From assembly GCA_963737155.1 (NCBI GenBank), contig CAVTRN010000002.1, forward strand, positions 1,728,001-1,792,000: a stretch of DNA of 64,000 nucleotides, given 5' to 3'. A program made the translations under genes and the position numbers. Positions 19,721-31,053 of the stretch are shown one piece after another (position 1 is the stretch's first letter; every line of letters begins with the position of its first letter). The stretch is from Nitrospirota bacterium (GTDB taxonomy: Bacteria; Nitrospirota; UBA9217). The notes under the pieces are model-generated. The model searched no databases. It was not told the origin of the DNA and was given only the letters and a program-made list of their open reading frames with translations.

Positions 19721-20344
19721 ATGGGGTATGATGAGAAAAGGCGCCAGAAGGCGCTGCTCAGGAAGAAGAAAAAAGATAAAGAGCGGAAAAAGGCTTCGGG
19801 AAACGCAGGATTGTTCGAGGGGCTGTCTGTCCCCTTGCTTATCAGGAGGTCCGGGGCCCTTCCGGTGCACGAATGCCTGATCAACGATAACTGGCGCGAG
19901 CGGGGCATCGCGAACATTCTCCTTTCGCGCAGACAGACCGACGGGTTCTACGTTATCGGCGTGTATCTCGTGGACGTGTTCTGCCTCGGCGTCAAGAATA
20001 CCTTCTGCAACGCTGGACTTTCGGAATTCCAGTACGACGAATTGAAAGCAAAGATGGCGGGACAATTTACTTTGATCGGCTGCGAGCTTGCCCTCGCGCA
20101 CGCTATCGTCCACGGCGCAATCAAATATGCGAGAAAGTGGGGGTTCGAACCGCAGAAGGATTTCTCGCTTTCACGGTACGTGCTCGGCGAAGGCGCTGAT
20201 TGGACCGGGCAGGACGTGATCTTCGGCAGGGACGGCAAACCATGCTATATCGCCGGCCCCCATGACGACGTGGACGCAATTTTGCGCAAGCTGACCAAGA
20301 CTGCAGGAGAAGGTAATTACGTATATATCGCACCGTTCTTATAA
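19721..20344 (+). CDS. Conserved hypothetical protein
   Basis: 207 aa, basic N-terminus, VYLVDVFCLGVKNTF, FGRDGKPCYIAGPHDD; AAGGAG RBS. Confidence 0.75.
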   Translation: MGYDEKRRQKALLRKKKKDKERKKASGNAGLFEGLSVPLLIRRSGALPVHECLINDNWRERGIANILLSRRQTDGFYVIGVYLVDVFCLGVKNTFCNAGLSEFQYDELKAKMAGQFTLIGCELALAHAIVHGAIKYARKWGFEPQKDFSLSRYVLGEGADWTGQDVIFGRDGKPCYIAGPHDDVDAILRKLTKTAGEGNYVYIAPFL

Positions 20345-20393
20345 AGTACGGTCGGATTTAGGGAGACAGGTTCGGCAAACCGAAAGGCGAGAC

Positions 20394-20774
20394 ATGGCCA
20401 AGGTAAAGCTCGATAAAAATAAGGAACGCGAAGAACGCATTCCGATGGAGATCGTAGTCGACGCCTATGGTCCTGAGGAACAGGCGATGGGATGGTATTA
20501 TTATCTCGAAGAAAAACTTCGGTTTCCGTTTATCGCGCTTTGCAACTCGAGGCGCGCCATTTCCTCTTTGCAAGTTAAAGACAAGGTTGACGTCCTTGGA
20601 ATGGCTTCTGATGATGAGTGTGAACATGAAATGTTCGCAATGATCCGGTGGGAAAAGGATGGCTGGGCAGTTCCACTGTCCCAGCTTACTCCCATTAATT
20701 CCACAGACGCGCAAACCAGGCAAGCCGTCGGGGACTGGCATTATTGGGCGAAGATGGAGTACGAGTTCGGGTAA
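20394..20774 (+). CDS. CcbP-family (calcium-binding) protein
   Basis: REERI.MEIVVDAYGPEEQAMGWYYYLEEKLRFPF and AVPLSQL..QAVGDWHYW match the family pattern as recalled. Confidence 0.75.
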   Translation: MAKVKLDKNKEREERIPMEIVVDAYGPEEQAMGWYYYLEEKLRFPFIALCNSRRAISSLQVKDKVDVLGMASDDECEHEMFAMIRWEKDGWAVPLSQLTPINSTDAQTRQAVGDWHYWAKMEYEFG

Positions 20775-20806
20775 TAATCCTCGAGAGAATCCGGATCAAA
20801 GGATAA

Positions 20807-20835
20807 AGGTTCAATTCCTCTCGTCGGCTCCATTT
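20807..20835 (+). repeat. tRNA-Thr 3'-end copy (att site)
   Basis: AGGTTCAATTCCTCTCGTCGGCTCCATTT, one mismatch to the tRNA; followed by TATCAAGTATTT. Confidence 0.9.
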
Positions 20836-20978
20836 CTATCAAGTATTTCCATGAATTGCAGATTTCCGCATAAACCGCTCGCTCCGCAAAATAGCGCATT
20901 TTACCCCGAAGAGCCGGTTGCTCAAATGCCCGTTTGGTCAATAAACTCACATGGTTGTATCCCATTAAATAAAATAGA

Positions 20979-21330
20979 CGGCTGTGTCGATACGCCGGCG
21001 ACACCAGCGGCTTATATAAGGGTCGATTTACAACTAATGTTTTCCCACACGATATCGCCGTAAGTTTTTTTAAATACTAAAGATTATAGCAAATTAGCCG
21101 ATATGTTTAAACAAACGGTTCTTGGCGCGGAACTATGAGTAAGGAATGTGGTATGAATCGTTATATAACTTCTTCATGAGATCATTGCGAGCGTTGCGGA
21201 AAGAAATCGATATTTGTATAATCATCGGAGAATAAGCGGCTGTGTCGCGGCGATAGTGGCAATGGCGGCTTATGTTTATATAAGGATAGATTTATAAGCT
21301 CATGCCTTTACCCACATTATGTCGCCTTGA
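20979..21330 (+). repeat. Imperfect direct repeat of about 90 bp (20979-21063 and 21237-21330)
   Basis: Both read CGGCTGTGTCG..GCGGCTTAT..ATAAGG..GATTTA..CCCACA..TCGCC.T.A. Confidence 0.7.
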
Positions 21331-21566
21331 ACCTAAATTATGTAATGCCCTGAAAATTAAATCGATAAGGAAAATTTGACACTATCACAAGAGCAATGTA
21401 AAAACAGGATAAGTTGAGCTATTTCAATGGTGTGTTGAACAAATTGAAATGAAATCTTAATTAGCGTTGCTTTTTTTGTTGCTGTTGCGGCGTAAAAACG
21501 ATTTTAATCAAATTCGATTAAGACTTCTCATCCTGCATGGCAATTCTTCCTAGAGGTAATAAACCC

Positions 21567-22508
21567 ATGAAGAATCAAGAAAATATCATGATAGGTGATC
21601 AGACGTCAGTTCGATGGAAAGGGATAATCCTTACTGCCGGAGCGGGGACCCGACTGTATCCCAGCACGCTGGCAGTTAATAAACAACTGCTGAGCGTATA
21701 TGATAAACCGATGATTTATTATCCGCTGTCCATTTTGATGCTTGCAGGCATCAGGGAGATAATGATCATTACAACCGAATCCGATCTGAACAGATTCAAA
21801 AGCCTTCTCGGCGATGGATTCTCTCTCGGTATCGCAATTAGCTACGCAATTCAGCATAAACCTGAGGGAATTCCCCAAGCATTCACAATCGCCAGAGAAT
21901 TTATTGGTAAGGACAATGTTTGCCTAATTCTGGGAGATAATGTTTTTTACGGAGATGGTTTGGCAGCTATTTTCCGCAGAGTGGTTACTATGGAGAAAGG
22001 CGGCCTAATCTTCGGGTGTCGCGTGAAGGATCCCGAACGCTACGGCGTCGTGGAGTTTGACAAGGATGGAAAGGTAATCAGCGTGGAGGAGAAACCCGTG
22101 CGTCCCAAGTCGCATTACGCCGTTCCTGGACTCTATTTTTTCGACAATCGAGTTGTTGACATGGTTCTGCCGCTAAAGCCATCGGCGCGGGGCGAACTTG
22201 AAATAGCAGATATCATCCTAGAGTATCTTCGTAATGGCGAATTGAAAGTTGAGCGTTTGGGCAGGGGGTTCGCCTGGCTGGATACGGGAACCCATGATTC
22301 TCTGCTCGCAGCAAGTATGTTCATCGAAACCATAGAAAAACGTCAGGGATTGAAAGTAGCTTGCATTGAGGAAGTGGCATATAAAATGGGATATATTGAT
22401 ATAAACCAACTCCGGTCTCTGGCTGAACCGCTGCAGAAGAGCGGATATGGAAAGTATATATTGCAGATGCTCAGTGAACAGGAGGAAGAGAGAAGTAGTG
22501 TACATTAA
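21567..22508 (+). CDS. rmlA: Glucose-1-phosphate thymidylyltransferase (orphan)
   Basis: [52 protein letters not shown]. Confidence 0.93.
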   Translation: MKNQENIMIGDQTSVRWKGIILTAGAGTRLYPSTLAVNKQLLSVYDKPMIYYPLSILMLAGIREIMIITTESDLNRFKSLLGDGFSLGIAISYAIQHKPEGIPQAFTIAREFIGKDNVCLILGDNVFYGDGLAAIFRRVVTMEKGGLIFGCRVKDPERYGVVEFDKDGKVISVEEKPVRPKSHYAVPGLYFFDNRVVDMVLPLKPSARGELEIADIILEYLRNGELKVERLGRGFAWLDTGTHDSLLAASMFIETIEKRQGLKVACIEEVAYKMGYIDINQLRSLAEPLQKSGYGKYILQMLSEQEEERSSVH

Positions 22509-22570
22509 TCCGATTGGGAATCTACTGTTCATCTAAAAATTATCAAGAGCTAGATAATTACTTCAAATCA

Positions 22571-22597
22571 ATACCCCGCAGCAAACTGATGGGGTAT
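22571..22597. repeat. Degenerate IS200/IS605-end-like palindrome
   Basis: ATACCCCGCAGCAAACTGATGGGGTAT resembles the reverse complement of the hairpin at 45549-45573. Confidence 0.55.
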
Positions 22598-22809
22598 AAA
22601 AGTAGAATGTTCAACTGAGAAACCTGCGGTTTCTCTAACCGGGATACCGGTCAAAAACTGTCGAAAAAAATCCGCCTCCTACGCTGAATCTGTGGATATT
22701 TATTAGATAATAAATCCGTATTTGTTCTGTAATTACGCGTGATTGAAAGATATCACCACTGTCGATTAGGCTAATAAATGTCACAGTGAGATATATCATC
22801 TGCATTGTA

Positions 22810-22959
22810 AGAAACAATCAAATCCTGATCTGAACCACGAATCTCTTTCTTCAGTTGAAGAAGCTGCTCAAGTCTGCTATCATCAATACAGTTCATAGAA
22901 ACCTCCTGACGCTTGAATTTAGTTCCCGTATAAACTAATTTTTAGCAGGAGGTTTCTAT
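22810..22959 (-). pseudogene. 5' remnant of a transposase gene, probably IS110 family
   Basis: 14-bp inverted repeat ATAGAAACCTCCTG/CAGGAGGTTTCTAT covering RBS and start (22896); peptide MNCIDDSRLEQLLQLKKEIRGSDQDLIV then breaks off. Family assignment is from recall only. Confidence 0.5.
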
Positions 22960-23409
22960 TTTGGGTAATCTTGAAAAAAATATTTCTTATACTTTAATGG
23001 GGAAGTCTAACCCCATGCTTTACCCATATATATCAAAATTAGCATAATGGCTATGCCGGAATTCGAGACTTTTCCTTAAATGCTTATTTTATTCTCAACA
23101 GATTCTGCTGAGGAGCCATTTTTTTTATTACCATACGAGTATAAGAATCTTAAGCCGGTAGGCCGGGGATTACTAGATAAGGTGAGGTCGCAATTAGCTT
23201 CTGGAACCAAGCAGTTCAGCCTTGACATGCCCTTACGGCTAATGCCGAGGTTGAATGACGCGCGGCCGTACCTGTTCGATCTGGATGGCGGAGGCGTCCC
23301 AACCTCCGCCTAGTGCTTATGACGCCGTCATATTTTTACCGATGTAACTTTGATGTAGTATTCTTCAATCGATATCTGCCCATCTCTTACCCCATACGCA
23401 AGCATTGAC

Positions 23410-23662
23410 GATCGCCGGTCCGGTTTTTTGAGGCCAGCAGTCAATCGGTTTGTAAATCTCGTAATTTGAGCTTTGATTTTGCCCGCGGTTTTGCTATCAT
23501 GCCCCATGGAATTCTCCTTTCTCTCTTTGAGTTTCCCCAAAACTCTTATCCAAAAGAGAGTACATGCGGGGGAAATCTCCGTTTTCACTTCTTTTTATTG
23601 TCTATCTTCCTGATATTACAAGCCTATTGTGCATTTTATAAATATTTCTGTGAAAAGTCCTG
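23410..23662 (-). pseudogene. 5' remnant of a DDE transposase (IS4-like) with left end
   Basis: MGHDSKTAGKIKAQITRFTNRLTAGLKKPDRR from ATG 23507, hairpin over the RBS, possible terminus CAGGACTTTTCACAG at about 23662. Confidence 0.45.
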
Positions 23663-23673
23663 GCTTTTATAGA

Positions 23674-23718
23674 TTGACAAAAAAGAAAATGAATGTTATT
23701 GTTCTTAACGGTGTTAAG
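23674..23718 (+). promoter_or_regulatory. Promoter and palindromic TetR operator of the efflux operon
   Basis: TTGACA-N17-TATTGT followed by CTTAAC-GGT-GTTAAG (23704-23718). Confidence 0.7.
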
Positions 23719-23746
23719 CTAACATATCGTAGCTGAGGAAACTGTA

Positions 23747-24358
23747 ATGGGAGTCCAAAAAGAGAGGGTCAAGTACAGGGATGAGTTTCGCAGAGAGATC
23801 CTCGATGTGGCCCGTGAACTTTTTATAAATGAGGGCTACGAAAAATTTTCCATGCGTAAGCTCGCAGAAAAAATAGACTATTCAGCTACAACCATTTATC
23901 TTTATTTCAGAGACAAAGATGATTTGCTTTTAGCTATATGTGAAAAAGTTGCCGAGCAATATTTTGCCAATCTGAGTCGTATAAGAGCGAGTCACATAGA
24001 TCCTCTTGATACCCTTCGTCAAGCGTTACTCTACCTTGTAGAATTCGGGTTCAATAATCCAAACCAATATAGAGTGTTTTTCTTTACTCGCCCAGATGTT
24101 TATGGCACACAGGAAGAATTCATGGAGAAGGAGTCCATGGCCCGAAAATCCTATTTTATATTCAGAGAAATAGTACATGATTGCATCGATACAGGCAAAC
24201 TTCGGAAGTTGGATACGGAGCTGCTGACGCAGGCGCTTGCCGTAGCAGTTCACGGTTTAATCGTGATGACCATTTATAGAAAAGGTTTTCCTTGGGCAGA
24301 CCGGAACATGCTGGCCCACACTCTGGTTGACGGGCTGTTGAGAGGATACCTGAAGTAA
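23747..24358 (+). CDS. TetR/AcrR family transcriptional regulator
   Basis: ILDVARELFINEGYEKFSMRKLAEKIDYSATTIYLYFRDKDDL HTH. Confidence 0.93.
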   Translation: MGVQKERVKYRDEFRREILDVARELFINEGYEKFSMRKLAEKIDYSATTIYLYFRDKDDLLLAICEKVAEQYFANLSRIRASHIDPLDTLRQALLYLVEFGFNNPNQYRVFFFTRPDVYGTQEEFMEKESMARKSYFIFREIVHDCIDTGKLRKLDTELLTQALAVAVHGLIVMTIYRKGFPWADRNMLAHTLVDGLLRGYLK

Positions 24359-24378
24359 TTAATTGGGAGGAACTTAAA

Positions 24379-25581
24379 ATGAAGTACTCAAGACCGTTTA
24401 TTACGGCCAAGGGAAGATTCACGTGGACAATTATGAGCATCGGAATGCTCGCAGCATGCCTTGTTCTGGCAGGATGTGGAGGACAGAACGCCGCAGTCGC
24501 AAAGGAGGCATCTGCACCGCCCGAAGTCGGAGTTGTTGTGATAGAGCCTCAGCGGGTTGCGCTCACCATAGATCTTCCCGGCCGAACCTCCGCCTATAAC
24601 ATCGCCGAGATAAGACCTCAAGTGAGCGGCATCATACAGAAACGCCTTTTTACTGAAGGTGCTGATGTCAAGGCGGGCGAGGTGCTATACCAGATAGATC
24701 CTGCAAGCTATCAGGCTGCATACAATAGCGCAAAGGCAGCGCTCGACCGAACAGAGGCGAATCTCCTTCCGGCACGGCTCAAGTCCGAGCGCTATGAGGA
24801 TCTCGTCAAAATAAACGCGGTCAGTCAGCAGGATTACGACGACGCAAGCGCCGCGCTCAAGCAGGCCGAGGCTGATGTAGAGGCAGGAAAGGCTGCGCTT
24901 GAAACCGTCAGGATCAACCTGGCCTACACCAAATTAACTGCCCCCATCTCCGGACGGATCGGACGGTCGTCGGTAACCAATGGTGCTCTTGTGACCGCGA
25001 ATCAGTCTGCCGCGCTGTCCACGATCCAGCAGCTAAGCCCCATATATGTAGATGTTGCCCAGTCCAGCGCAGATATGCTTCGCCTGGAGCGGGAGATGGC
25101 AAGCGGCAGTATGAAAAGCGGTGGCGCAGCGCAGGCCCGGGTCAAGCTGTTGCTGGAGGACGGCAATGTCTATCCGCTGCCGGGAACGCTCAAGTTTTCT
25201 GAAGTAACGGTTGACCAGAGCACGGGGTCGATTACATTGCGGGCAGTCTTTCCAAACCCGAAGCAGATCCTGCTTCCGGGAATGTTTGTCCGCGCGGTCA
25301 TAGAGGAAGGTGTCAACGAACACGCAATCCTCGTTCCTCAGCGGGGCGTCACCCGTAACCCTGCAGGAGAAGCAATGGTTATGGTGGTAGGAAGCGGAGA
25401 AAAGGCGGAGCCGCGTATCATCAAGGTTGTCCGCACCGTCGGCGACAACTGGCTCGTCAGCGACGGACTGAAAGCAGGCGACCGGGTCATCCTTGACGGG
25501 CTGCAGAAGGCTCGTCCGGGAACGCCAGTCAAGGCCGTTGCGTTCGGGAGTAAGGGAAACAGCGCCCCGGCAGGCACGTAA
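24379..25581 (+). CDS. RND efflux periplasmic adaptor (AcrA/MexA-like lipoprotein)
   Basis: Lipobox LAGC, LPGRTSAY.IAEIRPQVSGII, APISGRIGRS, LLPGMFVRA. Confidence 0.95.
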   Translation: MKYSRPFITAKGRFTWTIMSIGMLAACLVLAGCGGQNAAVAKEASAPPEVGVVVIEPQRVALTIDLPGRTSAYNIAEIRPQVSGIIQKRLFTEGADVKAGEVLYQIDPASYQAAYNSAKAALDRTEANLLPARLKSERYEDLVKINAVSQQDYDDASAALKQAEADVEAGKAALETVRINLAYTKLTAPISGRIGRSSVTNGALVTANQSAALSTIQQLSPIYVDVAQSSADMLRLEREMASGSMKSGGAAQARVKLLLEDGNVYPLPGTLKFSEVTVDQSTGSITLRAVFPNPKQILLPGMFVRAVIEEGVNEHAILVPQRGVTRNPAGEAMVMVVGSGEKAEPRIIKVVRTVGDNWLVSDGLKAGDRVILDGLQKARPGTPVKAVAFGSKGNSAPAGT

Positions 25582-25615
25582 ATACCGCCGAAGCGGAGAA
25601 ATAACGGAGAAATAA

Positions 25616-28600
25616 ATGTCGAGATTCTTTATAAATCGTCCTATCTTTGCCTGGGTAATCGCCATCATGGTCATGCTGGCGGGCCTCCTGGCGATCAAGA
25701 CACTGCCCGTCTCTCAGTACCCTCCCATCGCGCCGCCTGTGATCGCCATCAACGCCAGCTATCCAGGTGCCTCGGCCCAGACGGCGCAGGATACGGTCAC
25801 CCAGGTGATCGAGCAGAATTTGAACGGCATCGATAACCTGATCTATATGTCCTCCACCAGTGACTCGGCTGGAGCAGTCAGCATCGCCCTGACCTTCAAA
25901 GCCGGCACTGACCCAAACATCGCCCAGGTGCAGGTGCAGAACAAACTGCAGCTGGCCATGCCGCTTCTTCCCCAGATCGTGCAGCAGCAGGGGATTCAGG
26001 TGGTCAAGTCCGGTCGAAATTACATGCTGATCGTGGGGCTGGTTTCGGAAGACGGAACCATGGACCGCAATGCCCTGACCGATTTCATGGTCTCCAATAT
26101 TCAGGATACCATCAGCCGTCTGGACGGGGTAGGGGAAATTATGGTGTTCGGCACCCAGAACGCCATGAGGATATGGCTCGACCCGGCGAAGCTGAACAAC
26201 TATCACCTGACCACCAACGACGTGATCACGGCCCTGCAGTCCCAAAACGTCCAGGTATCTGCCGGCCAGCTCGGCGGGACTCCTGCCGTACAAGGGCAGC
26301 AATTGAATGCCACGATCACGGCTCGCACCTTGTTGCAGACGTCTGACCAGTTCGATAACATCATCCTTCGAACTACCACCGACGGCTCTACAGTAAAACT
26401 TAAAGATGTGGCCGAGTCCAAGATCGGCACCGAGAATTACGACATTCAGTCGTTCTACAACGGAAAGCCGATGGGCGGATTGGCGATCCGGCTGGCCGCC
26501 GGGGCTAACGCCCTAGAGGCTGCAAACCGGGTCAAGGCAAAGATGGCGGAAATATCAAAGTACTTCCCGACGGGGATGAAGGTGGTCTATCCCTACGACT
26601 CCACCCCCTTCGTGAGGGTCTCCATCGAAGAGGTGGTACACACCCTGGTGGAGGCGGTTTTCCTGGTTTTTATCGTGATGTTCCTGTTCCTCCAGAACTT
26701 CCGGGCTACGTTGATTCCCACCATCGCGGTGCCCGTGGTGCTCCTGGGAACCATGGGAGTGCTGTCGGCGAGTGGCTTCTCCATCAACACTCTGACTATG
26801 TTCGCCTTGGTCATCGTCATCGGCCTCCTAGTTGACGATGCGATCGTCGTTGTCGAGAACGTCGAGCGTATCATGTCGGAGGAGGGCCTGTCTCCACGTG
26901 ATGCCACGATCAAGTCGATGGGCCAGATTACGAGCGCCCTCTGGGGCATTGCGACCGTCCTCTCGGCGGTCTTTCTCCCCATGGCCTTCTTTGGCGGTTC
27001 TACGGGCGTCATCTACCGGCAGTTCTCGATCACGATAATTTCGGCCATGATCCTGTCGGTGCTGGTGGCCCAGATCCTGACCCCGGCCCTCTGCGCCACC
27101 ATCCTCAAGCCGATGGAGAAGGGGCACCATTCCGGCGAGACCGGCCGGTTTGCCTGGTTCTTCCGTTCTTTCAACCGGGCATTTGAGTTCTCCCGGGGAA
27201 AATATGAGGGGATTGTCGGTCGCTCCTTTGCTAAGCCGGTGCGCTATATTGTGATCTACAGCTGCATCGTCACGGCAATGGCGTACTTTTTCTTTCATCT
27301 GCCAACCTCGTTTCTCCCTGACGAAGACCAGGGATTCCTGCTTTGCCAAGTCCAGCTCCCCGCCGGCGCCACCGTGGAACGCACCCTGCAGTCTGTGAAG
27401 CAGATGGAGCGGCACTTCCTGGAGGACGAGAAGAAGACGGTGGAGGGGATCATCACAGTGGCCGGGTTCAGCTTTGCCGGCCGCGGCCAGAACATGGGGC
27501 TCGCCTGGGTGAAGCTCAAGGACTGGAACGTGCGCAAAACCCCGGACCTGAAGGCCCCTGCCATTGCGGCGCGTGCGATGAAGGCGTTCTCGCAGATCCG
27601 AGACGGCCTCGCCTTTGCTTTTGCCCCGCCGGCGGTGCTGGAGTTGGGGGTGGCCAACGGCTTCGACTTCGAGCTGCAGGACCGCGCCGGTCTCGGGCAT
27701 GCCAAGCTGATGGAAGCCCGCAACCAGCTCCTCTCCATGGCTATGAAAGATCCTAAGCTGATGTCGGTGCGCCCCAATGGCCAAGACGATTCTCCCCAGT
27801 TCAAGCTCGATATCGATGACGTCCGGGCCGGTGCACTCGGGGTCTCGTTGAGTAATATCAACGACGTCCTCTCAACCGCATGGGGGAGTACCTATGTCAA
27901 CAACTTCATACAGAACGGCCGGGTGAAGAAGGTCTATATCCAGTCTGATCCCCGCTACCGGATGCTGCCGGAGGACATCAACAGCTGGTACGTCAGTAAT
28001 AAGAGCGGCCAGATGGTGCCGTTTTCCGCCTTTGCCACCGCGCGCTGGCAGTACGGCTCCCCCCGCCTGGAGCGATACAACGGCCTCCCCTCGGTCGAGA
28101 TCCTGGGGCAAGCTGCTCCTGGTGTAAGCACCGGCGAAGCGATGGCCGAGATGAAAAAGATGGCGGCCCAGCTCCCGCCAGGCATCGGGTACGAATGGAC
28201 CGGCCTTTCCTTCGAGGAAAAGAATGCCGGGGCCCAGGCGCCGGCGCTATATGCGATATCGCTCCTCGTCGTGTTTCTCTCTGTCGCGGCGCTGTATGAG
28301 AGCTGGACGATTCCTTTTGTGAATCTGCTGATGCTGCCGCTCGGCCTCGTTGGTGCAGTTACGATGGTCAATCTTCGCGGCCTTCCTAATGACATTTATC
28401 TCCAGATCGGTCTGCTCACGACAGTCGGCCTCTCAACCAAGAACGCGATCCTTATCATCCAGTTCATCAAGGAACAGATGCGCCAGGGACACGAACTCAT
28501 GGAGGCGACGCTTAACGCAGTGAGGATCAGACTCCGTCCGGTTCTCATGACCTCAATGGCCTTCTTCTTCGGCACGCTGCCGCTTGCGCTTACGAAAGGC

Positions 28601-28813
28601 GCCGGCGCTGGGGCCCAGAACGCAATAGGCACGGCCGTAACGGGCGGATTGCTCTCCGCCACATTTATCGACCTGATCTTCATTCCATTCTTCTTCGTAA
28701 TGGTATCACGGCTGTTCGGACGGGAGAAATCCAAAGAGCACGCAGCAGCACATGCTGTTTCAGCAGAGTACGCAGCAGCACAAACCGTTTCAACTTCTGC
28801 GGAGGAACAGTGA
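25616..28813 (+). CDS. RND efflux transporter (AcrB/MexB-like, HAE1)
   Basis: [45 protein letters not shown]; proton-relay residues present. Confidence 0.97.
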   Translation: MSRFFINRPIFAWVIAIMVMLAGLLAIKTLPVSQYPPIAPPVIAINASYPGASAQTAQDTVTQVIEQNLNGIDNLIYMSSTSDSAGAVSIALTFKAGTDPNIAQVQVQNKLQLAMPLLPQIVQQQGIQVVKSGRNYMLIVGLVSEDGTMDRNALTDFMVSNIQDTISRLDGVGEIMVFGTQNAMRIWLDPAKLNNYHLTTNDVITALQSQNVQVSAGQLGGTPAVQGQQLNATITARTLLQTSDQFDNIILRTTTDGSTVKLKDVAESKIGTENYDIQSFYNGKPMGGLAIRLAAGANALEAANRVKAKMAEISKYFPTGMKVVYPYDSTPFVRVSIEEVVHTLVEAVFLVFIVMFLFLQNFRATLIPTIAVPVVLLGTMGVLSASGFSINTLTMFALVIVIGLLVDDAIVVVENVERIMSEEGLSPRDATIKSMGQITSALWGIATVLSAVFLPMAFFGGSTGVIYRQFSITIISAMILSVLVAQILTPALCATILKPMEKGHHSGETGRFAWFFRSFNRAFEFSRGKYEGIVGRSFAKPVRYIVIYSCIVTAMAYFFFHLPTSFLPDEDQGFLLCQVQLPAGATVERTLQSVKQMERHFLEDEKKTVEGIITVAGFSFAGRGQNMGLAWVKLKDWNVRKTPDLKAPAIAARAMKAFSQIRDGLAFAFAPPAVLELGVANGFDFELQDRAGLGHAKLMEARNQLLSMAMKDPKLMSVRPNGQDDSPQFKLDIDDVRAGALGVSLSNINDVLSTAWGSTYVNNFIQNGRVKKVYIQSDPRYRMLPEDINSWYVSNKSGQMVPFSAFATARWQYGSPRLERYNGLPSVEILGQAAPGVSTGEAMAEMKKMAAQLPPGIGYEWTGLSFEEKNAGAQAPALYAISLLVVFLSVAALYESWTIPFVNLLMLPLGLVGAVTMVNLRGLPNDIYLQIGLLTTVGLSTKNAILIIQFIKEQMRQGHELMEATLNAVRIRLRPVLMTSMAFFFGTLPLALTKGAGAGAQNAIGTAVTGGLLSATFIDLIFIPFFFVMVSRLFGREKSKEHAAAHAVSAEYAAAQTVSTSAEEQ

Positions 28814-28814
28814 T

Positions 28815-30293
28815 ATGGGGAAAATGCCTTGCATTGTTAAAAAGTTTCCAAGACATCTAGCCGACGAGTATGGACGTCTGGCAGGTTCAGGACTCCGTAG
28901 TGCAGTTGTTGCTCTTGCCTTGCTTGCTCTCTCAAGCTGTACAATGATTCCCGAATATACACGACCGGCAGCGCCTGTCCCGGCCGAATGGCCGAGTGGC
29001 CCTGCTTATAAGCAAGGCGAAGTGAAGCCGACCGGCAAGGCTGTGGCCAACATCAAATGGCAGGAGTTTTTTGTTGACGGACAACTGCGGAAGTTGATTG
29101 AACTCGCATTAGAAAACAACCGGGATCTGCGAATAGCCGCGCTCAATATAGAAGAGTCTCAGGCGCTTTATCAAATCCAGCGTGCCGATCTTTTTCCAAC
29201 GGTGACCGCGGCCGGCGCTGTACTTGACCAACGGGTACCTGCGAGTCTATCTATTACCGGACAGTCGGTAACTCCACATGAATATAGTGTTGGTCTCGGT
29301 TTCAGCTCCTATGAGATCGATCTATTCGGTCGGGTGCGAAGCCTCAAAGAGCAGGCGCTTGAGCAGTTCTTCGCGACTGCTGAGGCACGTCGCAGTGTGC
29401 AGATCAGCCTCGTGGCCGAGGTAGCAAGTGACTACCTGACCCTTGCATCAGATAAGGAGCATCTGAAAATCGCTCAGAATACATTCGAAAGCCAGCAGAC
29501 TTCGTACAACCTTATCAAGAGTCGCTTCGAGGTCGGCAGTTCATCGAAGTTGGATCTTCGTCAGGCCGAGACAAGTGTTGACACAGCCCGGGTTGACATT
29601 GCCGCCTTCACGAGCCAGGTGGCCCAGGACGAAAATGCGCTGGCTCTCGTTGTCGGCTCGCCGATCCCGCCGGATCTCCTGCCGTCCGGGCTAAGTGCAA
29701 TAACCGCACTGAAATATTTCAGCCCGGGCCTGCCGTCCGAGGAGCTGCTGCGCCGTCCCGATATCATGCAGGCGGAACATCTCCTCAAGTCCGCCAACGC
29801 CAACATTGGTGCAGCGCGCGCGGCGTTCTTCCCGAGCATTACCCTCACAAGCAGCCTTGGTTTTTCAAGTCTTCAGTTGTCCTCACTCTTCGAGGGAGAA
29901 GCCAGAGTATGGAGCTTTGCACCGGAAATTACTCTGCCGATCTTTGATGCGGGGCGCAACCTGGCAAGTTTGAAGGCTTCAAAAATAGACCGCGAAATCT
30001 TCCTTGCACAGTACGAGAAGGCGATCCAGAGCGCCTTCAGGGAAGTGGCAGACGCCCTTGCTCAGTACGGCACTCTTAGTGACCAACTTGAGGCCCAGCG
30101 AGCTCTGACGGATGCCACTGCTGAAGCTTTCAGTTTATCGCAGGCGCGTTACAGCAAAGGCATATCGAACTATCTGGATGTCCTTGACTCTCAACGCTCT
30201 CTTTACAGCGCACAGCAGGGACTGATTGCCGTTCGTCTCTCCCAACTCACCAATCTGGTGACGCTCTACAAGGTACTCGGTGGAGGGGCGTGA
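28815..30293 (+). CDS. Outer-membrane efflux lipoprotein (OprM/NodT family)
   Basis: Lipobox [47 protein letters not shown]. Confidence 0.94.
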   Translation: MGKMPCIVKKFPRHLADEYGRLAGSGLRSAVVALALLALSSCTMIPEYTRPAAPVPAEWPSGPAYKQGEVKPTGKAVANIKWQEFFVDGQLRKLIELALENNRDLRIAALNIEESQALYQIQRADLFPTVTAAGAVLDQRVPASLSITGQSVTPHEYSVGLGFSSYEIDLFGRVRSLKEQALEQFFATAEARRSVQISLVAEVASDYLTLASDKEHLKIAQNTFESQQTSYNLIKSRFEVGSSSKLDLRQAETSVDTARVDIAAFTSQVAQDENALALVVGSPIPPDLLPSGLSAITALKYFSPGLPSEELLRRPDIMQAEHLLKSANANIGAARAAFFPSITLTSSLGFSSLQLSSLFEGEARVWSFAPEITLPIFDAGRNLASLKASKIDREIFLAQYEKAIQSAFREVADALAQYGTLSDQLEAQRALTDATAEAFSLSQARYSKGISNYLDVLDSQRSLYSAQQGLIAVRLSQLTNLVTLYKVLGGGA

Positions 30294-30708
30294 TTGAGGT
30301 CTCAAAAACTCTTAGTGGTACTCAGTCCTTATCACACGCCCACCCTCGCTGGTGGTCGTATTTACATAGCGGCTGATGGCGTTGTGAAGGCCTTCGCGCG
30401 GTAGCTGTGAAATGCATCAACGACATGGACGTATTGGGTGTGTTTTTCTCCGGAATCTTATCTTTGTTACTTTCGCTGTCTCATATAGAATTATTTGGGT
30501 ATCCGGATTTTGCGGTTGATAACCCGAAAACTCGGATACCATAGATATTTGAGTTGCTAGTTGATTTCCGGATTTTAGAGCGCTGTACTTTTTTCCATTA
30601 CTCCGGATTTTGCGGTTAATTTGCCAAGCTCCCTGCTCATGGGCCACCATCTATAATCCTCTAAAATATAGCTTGCAAATTGGTGTCAAATATGTCAACA
30701 TATAGCAC

Positions 30709-31053
30709 ATGAGAGACACGTGATCAATTTCATGGATCAAAGCTGCAAGGAAGGATTTCCTGAAATTTCCCGAAGATGTGCAGGTCGATATGCTAAGCGC
30801 CCTTACGATAGCGGCTGAAGGTAGCAAGTCGGACAAGGCCAAGCCGTTTAAGGGTGTTGACAGTGGCGTGTTTGAAATAGCACTTGATTACCAAGGTGAC
30901 ACATTCCGTGTTATTTATGCCGTGAAAATAGGGGTGGATATTTGGGTTATCCACGCTTTCCAAAAGAAATCAAAGTCCGGAATAAAGACCCCTCAAATGG
31001 ATGTTGATCTTATCCGTGAACGCCTGAAACGACTAAAGGAGGCACTGCAATGA
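30709..31053 (+). pseudogene. RelE/ParE (gp49-like) toxin with in-frame TGA at codon 5
   Basis: ATG AGA GAC ACG TGA TCA ATT TCA TGG.. reads MRDT*SISWIKAARKDF..FRVIYAVK..IHAFQKKSKSGIKTP. Confidence 0.8.

Noticed and set aside
13300-20835. Repeats as a CRISPR array
   Set aside because: They are tRNA fragments with kilobase-scale irregular spacing, and no cas genes are present
23080-23313. 77-aa ORF between the IS remnants
   Set aside because: Looks like a 3' gene fragment, but no family could be assigned
30320-30405. Fragment TPTLAGGRIYIAADG resembling a PQQ-type beta-propeller end
   Set aside because: Too short to support a call
30721-30723. TGA as selenocysteine or recoding
   Set aside because: The position corresponds to a non-catalytic residue (likely Arg) of a toxin, and no SECIS-like hairpin is evident
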